32,000 bases of DNA from Horticoccus luteus. Its GTDB lineage: Bacteria > Verrucomicrobiota > Verrucomicrobiia > Opitutales > Opitutaceae. The notes under the pieces were generated by a model. The model made no database searches, was not told the origin of the DNA, and worked only from the letters and a program-made list of their open reading frames with translations. Positions 1-8,758 of this stretch are shown one piece after another; the stretch's first letter is position 1, and the number at the start of each line of letters is the position of its first letter. The stretch lies in assembly GCF_019464535.1 (NCBI RefSeq), contig NZ_CP080507.1, forward strand, positions 90,001-122,000. Reading direction: 5' to 3'. The translations under genes were made by a program, and so were the position numbers.

Positions 1-999
1 GGTTTCAGCTACCAGTGGTATTTCAACGGGCACGCTCTCGTGGGCGAAATCAACGCTTCGTTGATCTTGCACGCGATCACGCTCGCGCAGGCGGGCCACT
101 ATCGCGTGGAGATGACGAGCTCGGGGGGCGCCGTGGCGAGTGAGGAAGTGACGCTGACCGTCGGCACGCCCTCGAGCGCGGGGCGGCTGACCAACCTTTC
201 GGTGCGAGGCAAGGCGGGCGTCGGCGACGAGACGTTGATCGTGGGTCTGGTTGTGAGCGCAGGCGGTCCGGGCGCGCCGGGTGGCAAGCCGTTTTTGGTG
301 CGCGCGGTGGGGCCGTCGCTCACCGGCTTGGGCGTCGCGGGTGCGCTCGTGGATCCGTCGTTGACGGTGTATTCGGGCACCACCGCGATCGATTCGAACG
401 ACAACTGGGGCGGAGAGGCGGCGCTGGTGTCGACGGCGGCGCGGCTCGGTGCGTTTGCGCTCACGGGGCCTGACAGCAAAGACGCTGCGATTCGCGGCGA
501 AGCGGAGGCGGGCGCTTACACGCTGCATGCCACGGGACAGGCCGGCGGCATCGTGCTGGCGGAAATTTATGATGCGGCGGAGACGTTCGCGGATGTGAGC
601 CCGCGGCTCGTCAACGTGTCCGCGCGCGCGGAGGTTGGCACGGGCGACGATGTGTTGATCGCGGGCTTCGTGGTCAGCGGGAGCACGCCGCGCACGGTGT
701 TGATCCGCGCGCTGGGACCGCAGCTCGCGCAGAGCGGGGTCACGGGTATGCTCGCCGATCCGCAGCTCGCGATTCACGCGGGCAACGCGGTGGTCGCACA
801 GAATGACAATTGGAGCGACGCGACCAACGCCGCCGTGATCGCGACGACGAGCACGACGGTCGGGGCGGCCGCCATGACCAGCGGCGCGAAGGATGCGGCG
901 GTGCTCGTGACGCTCGCGCCCGGCGTTTACACGGCAGTCGTCACGGGCGTGGGCCAGACGACGGGCGTGGCACTCGTGGAAATCTTCGACGTGCCGTAA
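1..999 (+). CDS. Surface/secreted repeat protein, 5'-truncated at the window edge (Ig-like domain followed by two ~135-aa modules)
   Basis: Frame 1 is open from base 1 (GFSYQWYFNGHAL...AGHYRVEMTS, an Ig/I-set-like pattern), so the GTG at 40 is not the true start. Two internal modules follow, each of the form N[LV]S-R...G-G...LI-G-VV...L[IV]RA-GP-L...DP-L...NDNW...KDAA...G-YT...EI[YF]D. A hairpin terminator follows the stop. Confidence 0.8.
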   Translation, partial: GFSYQWYFNGHALVGEINASLILHAITLAQAGHYRVEMTSSGGAVASEEVTLTVGTPSSAGRLTNLSVRGKAGVGDETLIVGLVVSAGGPGAPGGKPFLVRAVGPSLTGLGVAGALVDPSLTVYSGTTAIDSNDNWGGEAALVSTAARLGAFALTGPDSKDAAIRGEAEAGAYTLHATGQAGGIVLAEIYDAAETFADVSPRLVNVSARAEVGTGDDVLIAGFVVSGSTPRTVLIRALGPQLAQSGVTGMLADPQLAIHAGNAVVAQNDNWSDATNAAVIATTSTTVGAAAMTSGAKDAAVLVTLAPGVYTAVVTGVGQTTGVALVEIFDVP

Positions 1000-1094
1000 G
1001 ACTCACCGGCTCCGCACCGGCGTGGCGTCGCGATCGCGCGGCGTCCGTTGGAGCCGGGCACCAGCAGACACCACCGCTCCTCTTCGGAGGAGCA

Positions 1095-1135
1095 CCCGCC
1101 GCGCGCTTAGACCCGCGCGGCGGGTTTTTGCTTTT
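1095..1135 (+). terminator. Rho-independent terminator
   Basis: Perfect 11-bp stem CCCGCCGCGCG / CGCGCGGCGGG (1095-1105 / 1114-1124) followed by TTTTTGCTTTT. Confidence 0.8.
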
Positions 1136-1282
1136 CGGCCGCGGCAGATTACAACGCGTTGCCTATTCCAGCTCGTGGGGCGCCGCACCTACGTAGGAGC
1201 ACGCATGGCAGCCGCGGCCGCTCCGCGGTATGATCGACGCGAACTCTGCCGCCCAACTTGGCGACGTGGGTTCGCATTTCCT

Positions 1283-2692
1283 ATGGGTTCAAAACTCTTC
1301 CTCTGGGTGCGGTCTGGCCGGGGCGTCGCCGCCCTCGCGCTCGGCGCCACACTCGCTGCCGCCAGCGTGTCGCAGGCGACCATTCATGTTTTTCGGCCGC
1401 GCGCGGATTATGAAGTGTCGACGACGAACATCCCGATCGCGTATTTCGCCACGGAGTCGCAGCAAATTTCGACGGCCTTCTTAGGACCGTTCACCCGGGG
1501 AATTCGCATCGAGGCCCAGTCTGGCACGGTGTGGGTGTCGCCGCAGCAATCGGTGGCGATCGCGAGCACCGCAAAGATTCCGCACTACGACCCGTTGACG
1601 AAGCGATTCGCGGCGGGGGAGTTGGTGGATGGGGCGAGCTTTCAAAATGCGGGCAGCGACTACCTCGCATATACCAGCACCAGCGAGTTCACGATCGGCG
1701 AATCAGCTTATCTGGGTTTCAGCTTCATCGCCGCGGGACCGGGCCGGAATTTCGGCTGGATGGCGGTGGAGCGGGTGGCCAACGGCGTGATCGTGAAGGC
1801 GTGGGCCTATCAGGATCAGCAGGAAACGCCGATCGCCGCGGGGGCGGAAACCGACGTGGCGCCGGCGGCGGAGGGCGGGCACCTCACGAATCTCTCGGTG
1901 CGCACGGGCGCCGGCGTGGACGCGCAGACATTGATCGTGGGCTACGTCGTGGGCGGGGCCGGGACGACCGGCGGAAAATCGCTGCTCGTGCGCGGCGTCG
2001 GCCCGGCGCTCGGAAACTTTGGCGTGACGGGTTTCGTCGCGGATCCGGCGATCACCGTTTACGCGGGCAACACCGTGGAGGCGACGAATCAAGACTGGGC
2101 GGGCGATGCGCAAGTGACGGCGGCGGCGGCGCGGCTCGGGGCGTTTGCACTGGATGCGCAGAGCAAGGATGCCGCATTGCTCGCGACGAGCGCGGCCGGT
2201 GCGCACACGCTGCACGTGACGAGCGGCGTCTACGGCGTGGCACTCGCCGAAATCTACGATGCGGCGACCAGCTATACGGCGACTGATGCACGCTTGATCA
2301 ACGTGTCGGCGCGTGCGCAGGCGGGCTCCGGCAACGAGGCGTTGATCGCGGGTTTCGTGATCGGTGGCACGACCAGCCGCACGCTGTTAATCCGTGCGGT
2401 CGGGCCGGGGCTCGCGGGATTTGGGGTAGCGAACACGCTGGTGGATCCGAAGCTGACGCTCTTCGCGGGCAACACGACGGTCGCGGAGAATGACAACTGG
2501 AGCGAGGCCGCGAACGCGGCGACGGTTGCACAGACAGCGGTGACAGTCGGAGCGTTTGCGCTGACGGACGGCTCGAAGGATGCGGCGATCCAGATCACGC
2601 TCGAGCCGGGAGTCTATACCGCGCACGTCACGGCTGCCAGCGGCGGCGCAGGCGCGGCGTTGGTGGAAATTTACGAAGTCGCCGTGCCCTGA
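1283..2692 (+). CDS. Secreted repeat protein, paralog of the upstream gene (novel N-terminal domain plus the same two ~135-aa modules)
   Basis: In-frame ATG at 1283 gives a signal peptide, MGSKLFLWVRSGRGVAALALGATLAAASVSQA. The C-terminal half aligns module for module with CDS 1..999 (LTNLSVR...LVRGVGPAL...DPAITVY...NQDW; RLINVSARA...LIRAVGPGL...DPKLTLF...NDNW). Confidence 0.8.
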   Translation: MGSKLFLWVRSGRGVAALALGATLAAASVSQATIHVFRPRADYEVSTTNIPIAYFATESQQISTAFLGPFTRGIRIEAQSGTVWVSPQQSVAIASTAKIPHYDPLTKRFAAGELVDGASFQNAGSDYLAYTSTSEFTIGESAYLGFSFIAAGPGRNFGWMAVERVANGVIVKAWAYQDQQETPIAAGAETDVAPAAEGGHLTNLSVRTGAGVDAQTLIVGYVVGGAGTTGGKSLLVRGVGPALGNFGVTGFVADPAITVYAGNTVEATNQDWAGDAQVTAAAARLGAFALDAQSKDAALLATSAAGAHTLHVTSGVYGVALAEIYDAATSYTATDARLINVSARAQAGSGNEALIAGFVIGGTTSRTLLIRAVGPGLAGFGVANTLVDPKLTLFAGNTTVAENDNWSEAANAATVAQTAVTVGAFALTDGSKDAAIQITLEPGVYTAHVTAASGGAGAALVEIYEVAVP

Positions 2693-2726
2693 AGACACCA
2701 CGATTTTACCAAGGTTGAAAAGCACC

Positions 2727-2762
2727 AGCCTGCCGCGCGCCGAATGCGCCGGCGGGCTTTTG
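2727..2762 (+). terminator. Rho-independent terminator
   Basis: GC-rich imperfect stem AGCCTGCCGCGCGC / GCGCCGGCGGGCT with loop CGAAT, followed by a T-run (CTTTTGACTTT). Confidence 0.6.
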
Positions 2763-2949
2763 ACTTTCTATAGCAAGGCAGGCGGCGTGCTGGGCGTGCC
2801 GAGGAGACAGGGGACGGTCGACGCTGTGTTCGATGTTTGCCGCGAACGCCGCGCACAGTGTTCGGCGGAGTGGCGTCGCGCTCCACGGGAGCCCTGCTGG
2901 ATGCCAATTTCCGCTTGCTGTCCGTTTTGAAAAAAATTTCGTTCCCGCC

Positions 2950-3579
2950 ATGCACCAACTTGCCGGATTTCGCGCTCTTCGCGCTGTTCTGTTAGGAGCA
3001 GTATTGATCGTCGGGAGCGTTTCGCCTCTGCGCGCGTTTCTTCCTCCCTCTTTTGATGCCAGCATAGCGGTCACCGGGGGTTCTGGATCGCCGCAGACGA
3101 TCACCGTGCCGCACACGTTCGCATTCACGTTGGCGGAGGATTTTACGGGCTATAGTCTATTTCTGGTCGATTTTACCGCATATTCTTCCGCCCCGGCGGG
3201 AATGATTGACGGCGCCATCACCCACGGCACAGGAATGACATTCCTGGCGTCGACGAGCGAGATCTCGTCCGGAGTGCAGGTATATGCCGCAGACTCCTAT
3301 TTTGGAAATCAGTCCTTTGCCGTCGAGTTCGCGTTCGACGATGCAGTTAACTTCGTTGCGGGCACCACCTTGATGGTGACGGCTGGTTCGGTTACGACGG
3401 ATGGAGCTTTCGCCACGAGCGCGCCGGACCGGACAGGCGCTTTTCATTTCTCGGTGACAGATGGCAACGGACACTACTTTACGCCGACGGCGGCCGCGAT
3501 TCCCGAGCCGTCAACCTACGCAATGTTGTTGGGCGCCGCGGCGTTGGGGTTGACGTTTTGGCGCCGGCGGCGGGCCTGA
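2950..3579 (+). CDS. PEP-CTERM sorting-domain protein (small secreted protein)
   Basis: The C-terminus IPEPSTYAMLLGAAALGLTFWRRRRA is the canonical PEP motif plus TM helix plus Arg cluster. ATG at 2950 gives the signal peptide MHQLAGFRALRAVLLGAVLIVGSVSPLRA. The region is visibly less GC-rich than its neighbours. Confidence 0.85.
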   Translation: MHQLAGFRALRAVLLGAVLIVGSVSPLRAFLPPSFDASIAVTGGSGSPQTITVPHTFAFTLAEDFTGYSLFLVDFTAYSSAPAGMIDGAITHGTGMTFLASTSEISSGVQVYAADSYFGNQSFAVEFAFDDAVNFVAGTTLMVTAGSVTTDGAFATSAPDRTGAFHFSVTDGNGHYFTPTAAAIPEPSTYAMLLGAAALGLTFWRRRRA

Positions 3580-3603
3580 GACCCGAATTTCCCGCGTTTG
3601 ATT

Positions 3604-3634
3604 AAGCCGAAGGTTTAGTCCTTCGGCTTTTTTG
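3604..3634 (+). terminator. Rho-independent terminator
   Basis: AAGCCGAAGG / CCTTCGGCTT stem followed by TTTTTG. Confidence 0.85.
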
Positions 3635-3767
3635 TGGAACGGGGAGATCATAGTGAACGGGTCACACTATGATTGCGACAGATTGACGTTCACCGGCGGC
3701 TGAAACCGCCTCGTTGACGACGTGCAGACCGCGAGGCCCGCGCTTCAACGGAGAACGTTCCGGGAAC

Positions 3768-4247
3768 TCAGAGTCGGAAGACGATTTCCTCGATCGTCGT
3801 GCCTTCCGGTAGATCGAAAGATTTCTTTTGAACCGGCGTGAAGCCGGCCTTCCGCAGAACCTGGATCGAGGCCGAGTTGTGCTTCGCCACATGGGCGCTG
3901 AGCGGGCGCGTGGTTTCGTCGGCAAGGAATTGCGCGAGCGCGGCGCTCGCGATGCCGTGGCCCCAGAATTCGCGTCCAATCCAGTAGCCCACCAAGCGCT
4001 CGGCGCCATCGGTCCAAGACCCAATGTTTCCGGCCACGCCACCGTCAGCCAGAATGGTGCGGAGGGTGCAGGCAGGGTTGGCCATGATTCTTGCCCAGTG
4101 CGCCATAAACGCGTCGCGATCCCGTGATTTAAACGCCGCCATGCGCACCGCCTCCGGATCGCACTGATGCTCGAAAAGGATCGGCAGGTCGTCGGGGCGA
4201 ACTTCGCGCAGAGAAACCTTCGGCGGAATGTGGGTTGCAGGGTTCAT
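3768..4247 (-). CDS. GNAT family N-acetyltransferase (RimJ/RimL-like)
   Basis: 159-aa ORF. LREVRPDDLPILFE...VGYWIGREFWGHGIASAAL...HNSASIQVLRKAGF is a typical acetyl-CoA-binding GNAT core. Confidence 0.85.
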   Translation of the reverse strand: MNPATHIPPKVSLREVRPDDLPILFEHQCDPEAVRMAAFKSRDRDAFMAHWARIMANPACTLRTILADGGVAGNIGSWTDGAERLVGYWIGREFWGHGIASAALAQFLADETTRPLSAHVAKHNSASIQVLRKAGFTPVQKKSFDLPEGTTIEEIVFRL

Positions 4248-4593
4248 AGTTCGAGCAAGCAGGCTCCGCAGAAGGTAAACCCCGGGGAGTTAGTCATCCC
4301 AAGTCGAAAACGAAGATTGGCCTGCTTTGTTGCCGTCCGCAGTCGCGCCGCTGCGCGCGCGCCGTCCGCCGTCAATGCGGAATCGGCTGCGCGGCTGGAT
4401 TTGAAAACAGGTTTCGTATGGTGGCACTTCGGTTGACCAACGGGCGCGGTCAAGTGAGCGCTCGAGGCGCTCGAGTTCTGCACAACGGCGAAGTCGTTCT
4501 GCTCATGATCAACGGCCTCGGGCTGCATCACCGGTGCGAAAGGTGAGACCTGCGCTCGACGTGCGGGCGGCGAGTTAATTCCATCCACGCGCA

Positions 4594-5511
4594 ATGAGTC
4601 ATTCTCCTCTTCGCCTCGCCGTGGTTGGTTATGGAAACATCGGTCGTTCTGCCGTGGAAGCCGTTCAAGCTGCGCCCGACATGGCGCTGGCCGGCGTTGT
4701 TCGCCGGGCCGCGACCGCTCCCCAGTCGCTGCCTGCCGAACTCGCGAACATCCCCGTGGTGGCGGATGTCGTCCAACTCGGCCGCGTGGACGTCGCGCTG
4801 CTGTGTGGTCCGACCCGCAGCATCCCCGAGACCGCCCCGCTTTATCTGCGCCAAGGCATTCACACCGTGGATAGCTTCGATATTCACGGCCAAAAGCTTT
4901 GGGATCTGCGCCAGCAACTCGACGCCATCGGCAAACAACATAACAGCGTCGCCGTCGTCTCGTCCGGCTGGGATCCCGGCAGCGACTCGGTCCTGCGTGC
5001 GCTGCTGCTCGCCCTCGCACCCAGCGGCATCACCTACACCAACTTCGGTCCCGGCATGAGCATGGGGCATTCGGTGTGCGCCAAATCCAAACCCGGTGTC
5101 GTCGATGCGCTTTCGATGACGATTCCCACCGGCACCGGCGTGCATCGGCGCATGGTTTACGTGGAGCTCGCACCCGGGGCCGACTTCGCGGCCGTGGAGC
5201 AGGCGATCAAGACGGATGATTACTTCAGCAACGACGACACGCGGGTCTTCGCCGTGCCGAGCATTGCCGCGCTCAAGGACGTCGGCCACGGCGTGTCGAT
5301 GCAGCGCAAAGGCGTGAGCGGCGTGACGCACAACCAACTCTTTGAGTTTCGCATGACGGTCAACAACCCCGCGCTCACCGCCCAAATCATGGTTTCCTGC
5401 GCTCGCGCCGCCGCTCTCCGCCTGCGACCCGGGGCCTACACGATGCCGGAAATCGCGCCCATGGATCTGCTCCCCGGCGAGCGCGAGCATCTGGTGAAAA
5501 CCTTGGTGTGA
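4594..5511 (+). CDS. ddh: meso-diaminopimelate D-dehydrogenase
   Basis: LRLAVVGYGNIGRS...PDM.L.GV..RR...SSGWDPGSDS...FGPGMSMGHS matches the Ddh family along its whole length, including the Corynebacterium Ddh pattern VAIVGYGNLGRS / STGWDPG / WGPGLSQGHS. Confidence 0.9.
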   Translation: MSHSPLRLAVVGYGNIGRSAVEAVQAAPDMALAGVVRRAATAPQSLPAELANIPVVADVVQLGRVDVALLCGPTRSIPETAPLYLRQGIHTVDSFDIHGQKLWDLRQQLDAIGKQHNSVAVVSSGWDPGSDSVLRALLLALAPSGITYTNFGPGMSMGHSVCAKSKPGVVDALSMTIPTGTGVHRRMVYVELAPGADFAAVEQAIKTDDYFSNDDTRVFAVPSIAALKDVGHGVSMQRKGVSGVTHNQLFEFRMTVNNPALTAQIMVSCARAAALRLRPGAYTMPEIAPMDLLPGEREHLVKTLV

Positions 5512-5721
5512 TCCGATCGCGGCCAGCAAGTGCGGCCGGATGGCATCAGGTCTTGAGGTTTGGGGTTCGGAGCCCTGACTTATTGAAGCGCGCATATTAT
5601 ACTGACGCAGTGCGGCTCGTCCGTGCGCTCCGCGCGCGGTGGTGGGTGGAACGACTTCGCGCCCGAGCCGCGCGCGGAGCGCACGGCGCACCTGTTAGTC
5701 TGCTAAGCGTGCGTCGATAGG

Positions 5722-6240
5722 CTACGGGGCCCTGCGGCGGTCCAAAGCCGTTTTGATCGCTTGCAGGTAATTGGGGTGCCAGAGTTCGTGGTCTGCGTCA
5801 GGGACGACAGTGTAGGTTTGCTGGCGGTAAAAGTCGCGAACCGCTTCGGCGCGACGGTGCATCTGCTCGTCTTCGAGAGCGCCGACCAAAATGTCGGCTG
5901 ACGTGTTCGCGTTGCCCGCGCGGTAGGAGATCATCCAGCGCTCGGGCTCGTCATCATCCTCGAGGAAAAACGGCGCGATCGAGCCGAGGATTAAATGCCG
6001 GGCGCGCAGCGCGCCCAGGTGCGCGTAGAGCGCGCCCAGCGAAAAGCCCATCACGACTTTGCCCTCTGTCTGCGCGTCGACCTGGGGAAATATTTCCGTC
6101 GAGCCGAAGGGCGGGTGCCCGCCGGCCATTTTGAGGTGCACAAATTCCGTCTCCCAGCCGGCGGCGTGCACGAAATCGACAAACGGTTGGAAGCGGCGCT
6201 CGGCGTCAGGCATCGGCGGGACAATCGTCAACAACGGCAT
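5722..6240 (-). CDS. Small alpha/beta-hydrolase-fold protein (uncharacterised)
   Basis: 172-aa ORF with the nucleophile elbow GFSLGA and a C-terminal Asp-His pair (PDADHELWHP). GC3-rich coding frame. Confidence 0.6.
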   Translation of the reverse strand: MPLLTIVPPMPDAERRFQPFVDFVHAAGWETEFVHLKMAGGHPPFGSTEIFPQVDAQTEGKVVMGFSLGALYAHLGALRARHLILGSIAPFFLEDDDEPERWMISYRAGNANTSADILVGALEDEQMHRRAEAVRDFYRQQTYTVVPDADHELWHPNYLQAIKTALDRRRAP

Positions 6241-6506
6241 GGGCCGAAGTTTGGCACGGGTGAAAAAACGTCAACCGGTGGCGTTGGTCGAGCGGGCATA
6301 ACTTGGAGCGGGCGTTGCACCCGAGACGGGTGCCGTCCCCGGACCTGTGATCACCGGAGCCTGGATTTCGCACCCGGACTTCGGGCATGGCCGCAGAGTG
6401 CGCGGCAGATGCGAAACGCTTACGCGTTCCGCTAACGACAACGGAGCGCGCTTTCGAAACGCTCACGCGCTCCTCTAGTGGGGACAGAAAGCGGGTGTCG
6501 GCGCGT

Positions 6507-7514
6507 TTACTGCGCGTCGCGGAGGGCTTGGGCGAACTGGCGGGTGACGGCGGTGAGGAGCGCGAGGCTGTCGCGTTGATACACTTCGGGATTCGCGATC
6601 ACCGCGTAGTGGCCGCTGTGTTTGCCGCTGGTCGCGGTCGTGGCGCTGCCCGAGAGGAGCGAGTCGAGCAGGGCGCTCATCTGCAGGCCGGTTTCATCGG
6701 AGGGGTTTTTCGCGAGCTCGCGCGACTCCTGTACGTAGTCGGCGCCGGCGGTGACGTCGGCTTTGAGTTTCAACATGCCGCCATTGGTTTTGGCCGGGGA
6801 AAACACCGTGAGGTCGGCGCTGTTGATATGGAGCACGTTCTTCCCTTTCACATGGGCGCCGAAGAAACTGTTGGAGGCTTCGAGGTCGGCGTATTGCACT
6901 TTGAAGCGGACGAACACGAGCGCTTCGCCGCGTTCGCGCGCGATGTGGATCAGCGGGGATGTCTCGCTCAAGGCGGCGGTGGCGCCGGCGCCGAAGAGGG
7001 CGCGCTGGCCGGCGGTGAACCAGCGGTTTTTCGTGCCGTTGCCGGCAAAGCCGGACATGAAGTTGTCCTTCACTTCGACGCCGGTCGGGGCGTCCTTGGT
7101 GATGCCGGCGTAACGCGCGTCGGTGTCGACCGTATCGTGCGGCAACACTTCGAAGCCGTTGGCGGTGAGTTCGCGTTCGACGATCGCCTGCATCTGATCG
7201 GCAATTTGCTGGAGGACCTTTTCGTCGATCAACAAATGCGATTCGAGGTGGGAGGACTTGAGGCTGTCGCGGGTCTTCTTCGTGACCGAAGCTTGCGCGG
7301 ACGATTCGAAGGCGACGGCGACGAGGGGCACGATGACTTTGTTCACGCCTTTGAGGTAGCTGCCCTGGCCCATGTTCGGAGAGGCGACGTGGCCGGGGAT
7401 TTCGCCGCGGTCGTCGAGCGGGATGGTTTTCAGATCACCGATCAGATGTTTGCGGGCGTGCGCGAGCGGCGCGGCGATCAGCGCCAACGCGAGGGGGAGA
7501 ACGAGGAGTCGCAT
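6507..7514 (-). CDS. Secreted hypothetical protein
   Basis: Internal ATG at 7514 gives the signal peptide MRLLVLPLALALIAAPLAHA. Amino-acid composition is balanced (K, N, S, T), unlike the Gly/Arg/Glu-rich antisense ORF 6387..7565. I recognised no family. Confidence 0.65.
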   Translation of the reverse strand: MRLLVLPLALALIAAPLAHARKHLIGDLKTIPLDDRGEIPGHVASPNMGQGSYLKGVNKVIVPLVAVAFESSAQASVTKKTRDSLKSSHLESHLLIDEKVLQQIADQMQAIVERELTANGFEVLPHDTVDTDARYAGITKDAPTGVEVKDNFMSGFAGNGTKNRWFTAGQRALFGAGATAALSETSPLIHIARERGEALVFVRFKVQYADLEASNSFFGAHVKGKNVLHINSADLTVFSPAKTNGGMLKLKADVTAGADYVQESRELAKNPSDETGLQMSALLDSLLSGSATTATSGKHSGHYAVIANPEVYQRDSLALLTAVTRQFAQALRDAQ

Positions 7515-7682
7515 AGTGGCACGAGTAACGGCGAAGGGCGGTCGCAAAACAACGGCGCGAGGTGAATCGGCGCTACGTGTTCCTACGTAAGCAGGCGCCG
7601 CCGGTCCGCGCGGGCCGGGCGCGGAGGCGCACCGCGTGGAAGACTGGCAAAGCGCGGCGCTCTGTGTCCTCTGTGTAAGCCT

Positions 7683-8723
7683 GTGACTTCGGAGCCGAAC
7701 TCTTTTCCCCCGGATGTGCGCGACCGGCTGCACCGGCCGCTGCGCGATCTGCGCATTTCGGTGACGGACCGGTGCAACTTTCGCTGTCCGTATTGCATGC
7801 CGAAGGAAGTGTTTGGCGCGGGTCATGCGTTTTTGAAGGATCCGCAGTTGATGAGCCTCGGAGAACTGGTGCGCATCGCGGGAGCGTTTCGTGCGCTGGG
7901 CGTGGAGAAGGTGCGGCTGACGGGCGGCGAGCCGTTGTTGCGGGCGGATGTGCCGGATCTCGTGCGGGCGTTGAAGCAGGAGTTGGGCTTACCGGATGTG
8001 GCGCTGACAACGAATGGCTGGATGCTCGAGAAGCGGGCGGCGGCGCTGAAGGCGGCGGGCTTGGATCGTGTCAATGTGTCGGTCGATTCACTCGACGAGG
8101 CGCGGGCGGGGCAGTTGAACGGTCTCGGATTCAACGTGGCGCGAGTGTTGCGCGGGGTCGATGCGGCGGCGGCGGCGGGGCTGCCGGTGAAGATCAACAC
8201 GGTGGTGCAGCGGGGCGTGAACGACGGGGAAGTGCTGGCGCTCTGCGAATATTTCCGGGCGCGCGGACACACGGTGCGGTTCATCGAGTTTATGGATGTG
8301 GGCAACACGAACCACTGGTCGGCGGAGCGCGTGGTGCCGGCGCGCGAATTGGTGGCGCGCATCGCGGCGCAGTGGCCCCTGGAGCCGGTCGGGCCGGCGT
8401 ATCGGGGTGAGGTGGCGGCGCGTTATCGCTACGTCGACGGCGCGGGCGAAATCGGCGTGATCAGTTCGGTGACGGAGCCGTTTTGCCGGGATTGCCACCG
8501 CGCGCGGTTATCGGCGGACGGGAAGCTTTATACCTGTCTCTTCACTTCGCTGGGACACGATGTGCTCGGGCGGCTGCGCGGCGGCGCGAGCGATGGCGAG
8601 ATGGCGGAGTATCTGGCGGGCATCTGGGGCGCGCGGACGGATCGCTATAGCGATGAACGCGCGGAACTGCTCGCTGCAGGCCAGACGCGGCCGAAGGTGG
8701 AGATGAGTTATATCGGCGGGTGA
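7683..8723 (+). CDS. moaA: GTP 3',8-cyclase MoaA (radical SAM, molybdenum cofactor biosynthesis)
   Basis: LRISVTDRCNFRCPYCMP is the CxxxCxxC radical-SAM cluster. LTGGEPLLR and the C-terminal CxxCxRxRLSADGKLYTCLF second-cluster motif are also present. Start is GTG at 7683. Confidence 0.92.
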   Translation: MTSEPNSFPPDVRDRLHRPLRDLRISVTDRCNFRCPYCMPKEVFGAGHAFLKDPQLMSLGELVRIAGAFRALGVEKVRLTGGEPLLRADVPDLVRALKQELGLPDVALTTNGWMLEKRAAALKAAGLDRVNVSVDSLDEARAGQLNGLGFNVARVLRGVDAAAAAGLPVKINTVVQRGVNDGEVLALCEYFRARGHTVRFIEFMDVGNTNHWSAERVVPARELVARIAAQWPLEPVGPAYRGEVAARYRYVDGAGEIGVISSVTEPFCRDCHRARLSADGKLYTCLFTSLGHDVLGRLRGGASDGEMAEYLAGIWGARTDRYSDERAELLAAGQTRPKVEMSYIGG

Positions 8724-8758
8724 AGCCGTGGGGCGGCGGGCGCGGACCCGGCCGAAGA

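Noticed and set aside
1022-1282. Upstream extensions of several track ORFs: 1022..1282, 2833..2949, 7515..7826, 8838..9035, 12830..13090, 22605..22700, 22796..22978 and 24539..24745.
   Set aside because: The extensions are Arg/Pro-rich and precede an internal start that yields a clean signal peptide or a canonical family N-terminus. Some run across terminators or REP copies.
4248-4593. Possible lysine (L-box) riboswitch upstream of ddh. The leader is 345 bp and contains GAGGCGC and a GAGCGC-TCGAG-GCGCTC hairpin near 4456-4476.
   Set aside because: Only one short L-box-like word is present, and the multi-helix junction is not evident. The region is also a divergent promoter shared with the GNAT gene. 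It would need an Rfam RF00168 scan.
4528-5691. Long antisense or alternate-frame ORFs: 4528..5691, 6387..7565, 9498..10514, 11834..13033, 11805..12983, 13005..13880, 19009..20304, 21015..22019, 23297..24058, 27146..28504, 29272..30450, 29315..30997 and 30342..31877.
   Set aside because: Each overlaps a gene that has clear family motifs on the other strand or in another frame. Their translations are Gly/Arg/Ala/Pro/Glu-biased junk.
6317-6333. Perfect 7-bp hairpin GCACCCG-AGA-CGGGTGC downstream of the 6507.. gene.
   Set aside because: The stem is short, no U-tract follows on the relevant (minus) strand, and such stems are expected by chance at this GC content. It is not reported as a terminator.
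7515-7682. Possible molybdenum-cofactor (Moco) riboswitch in the ~170-nt leader of the stand-alone moaA gene.
   Set aside because: I cannot recognise the conserved Moco motif nucleotides or its helices by eye. An Rfam RF01055 covariance-model scan is needed, and a hit above the gathering threshold would reverse this rejection.
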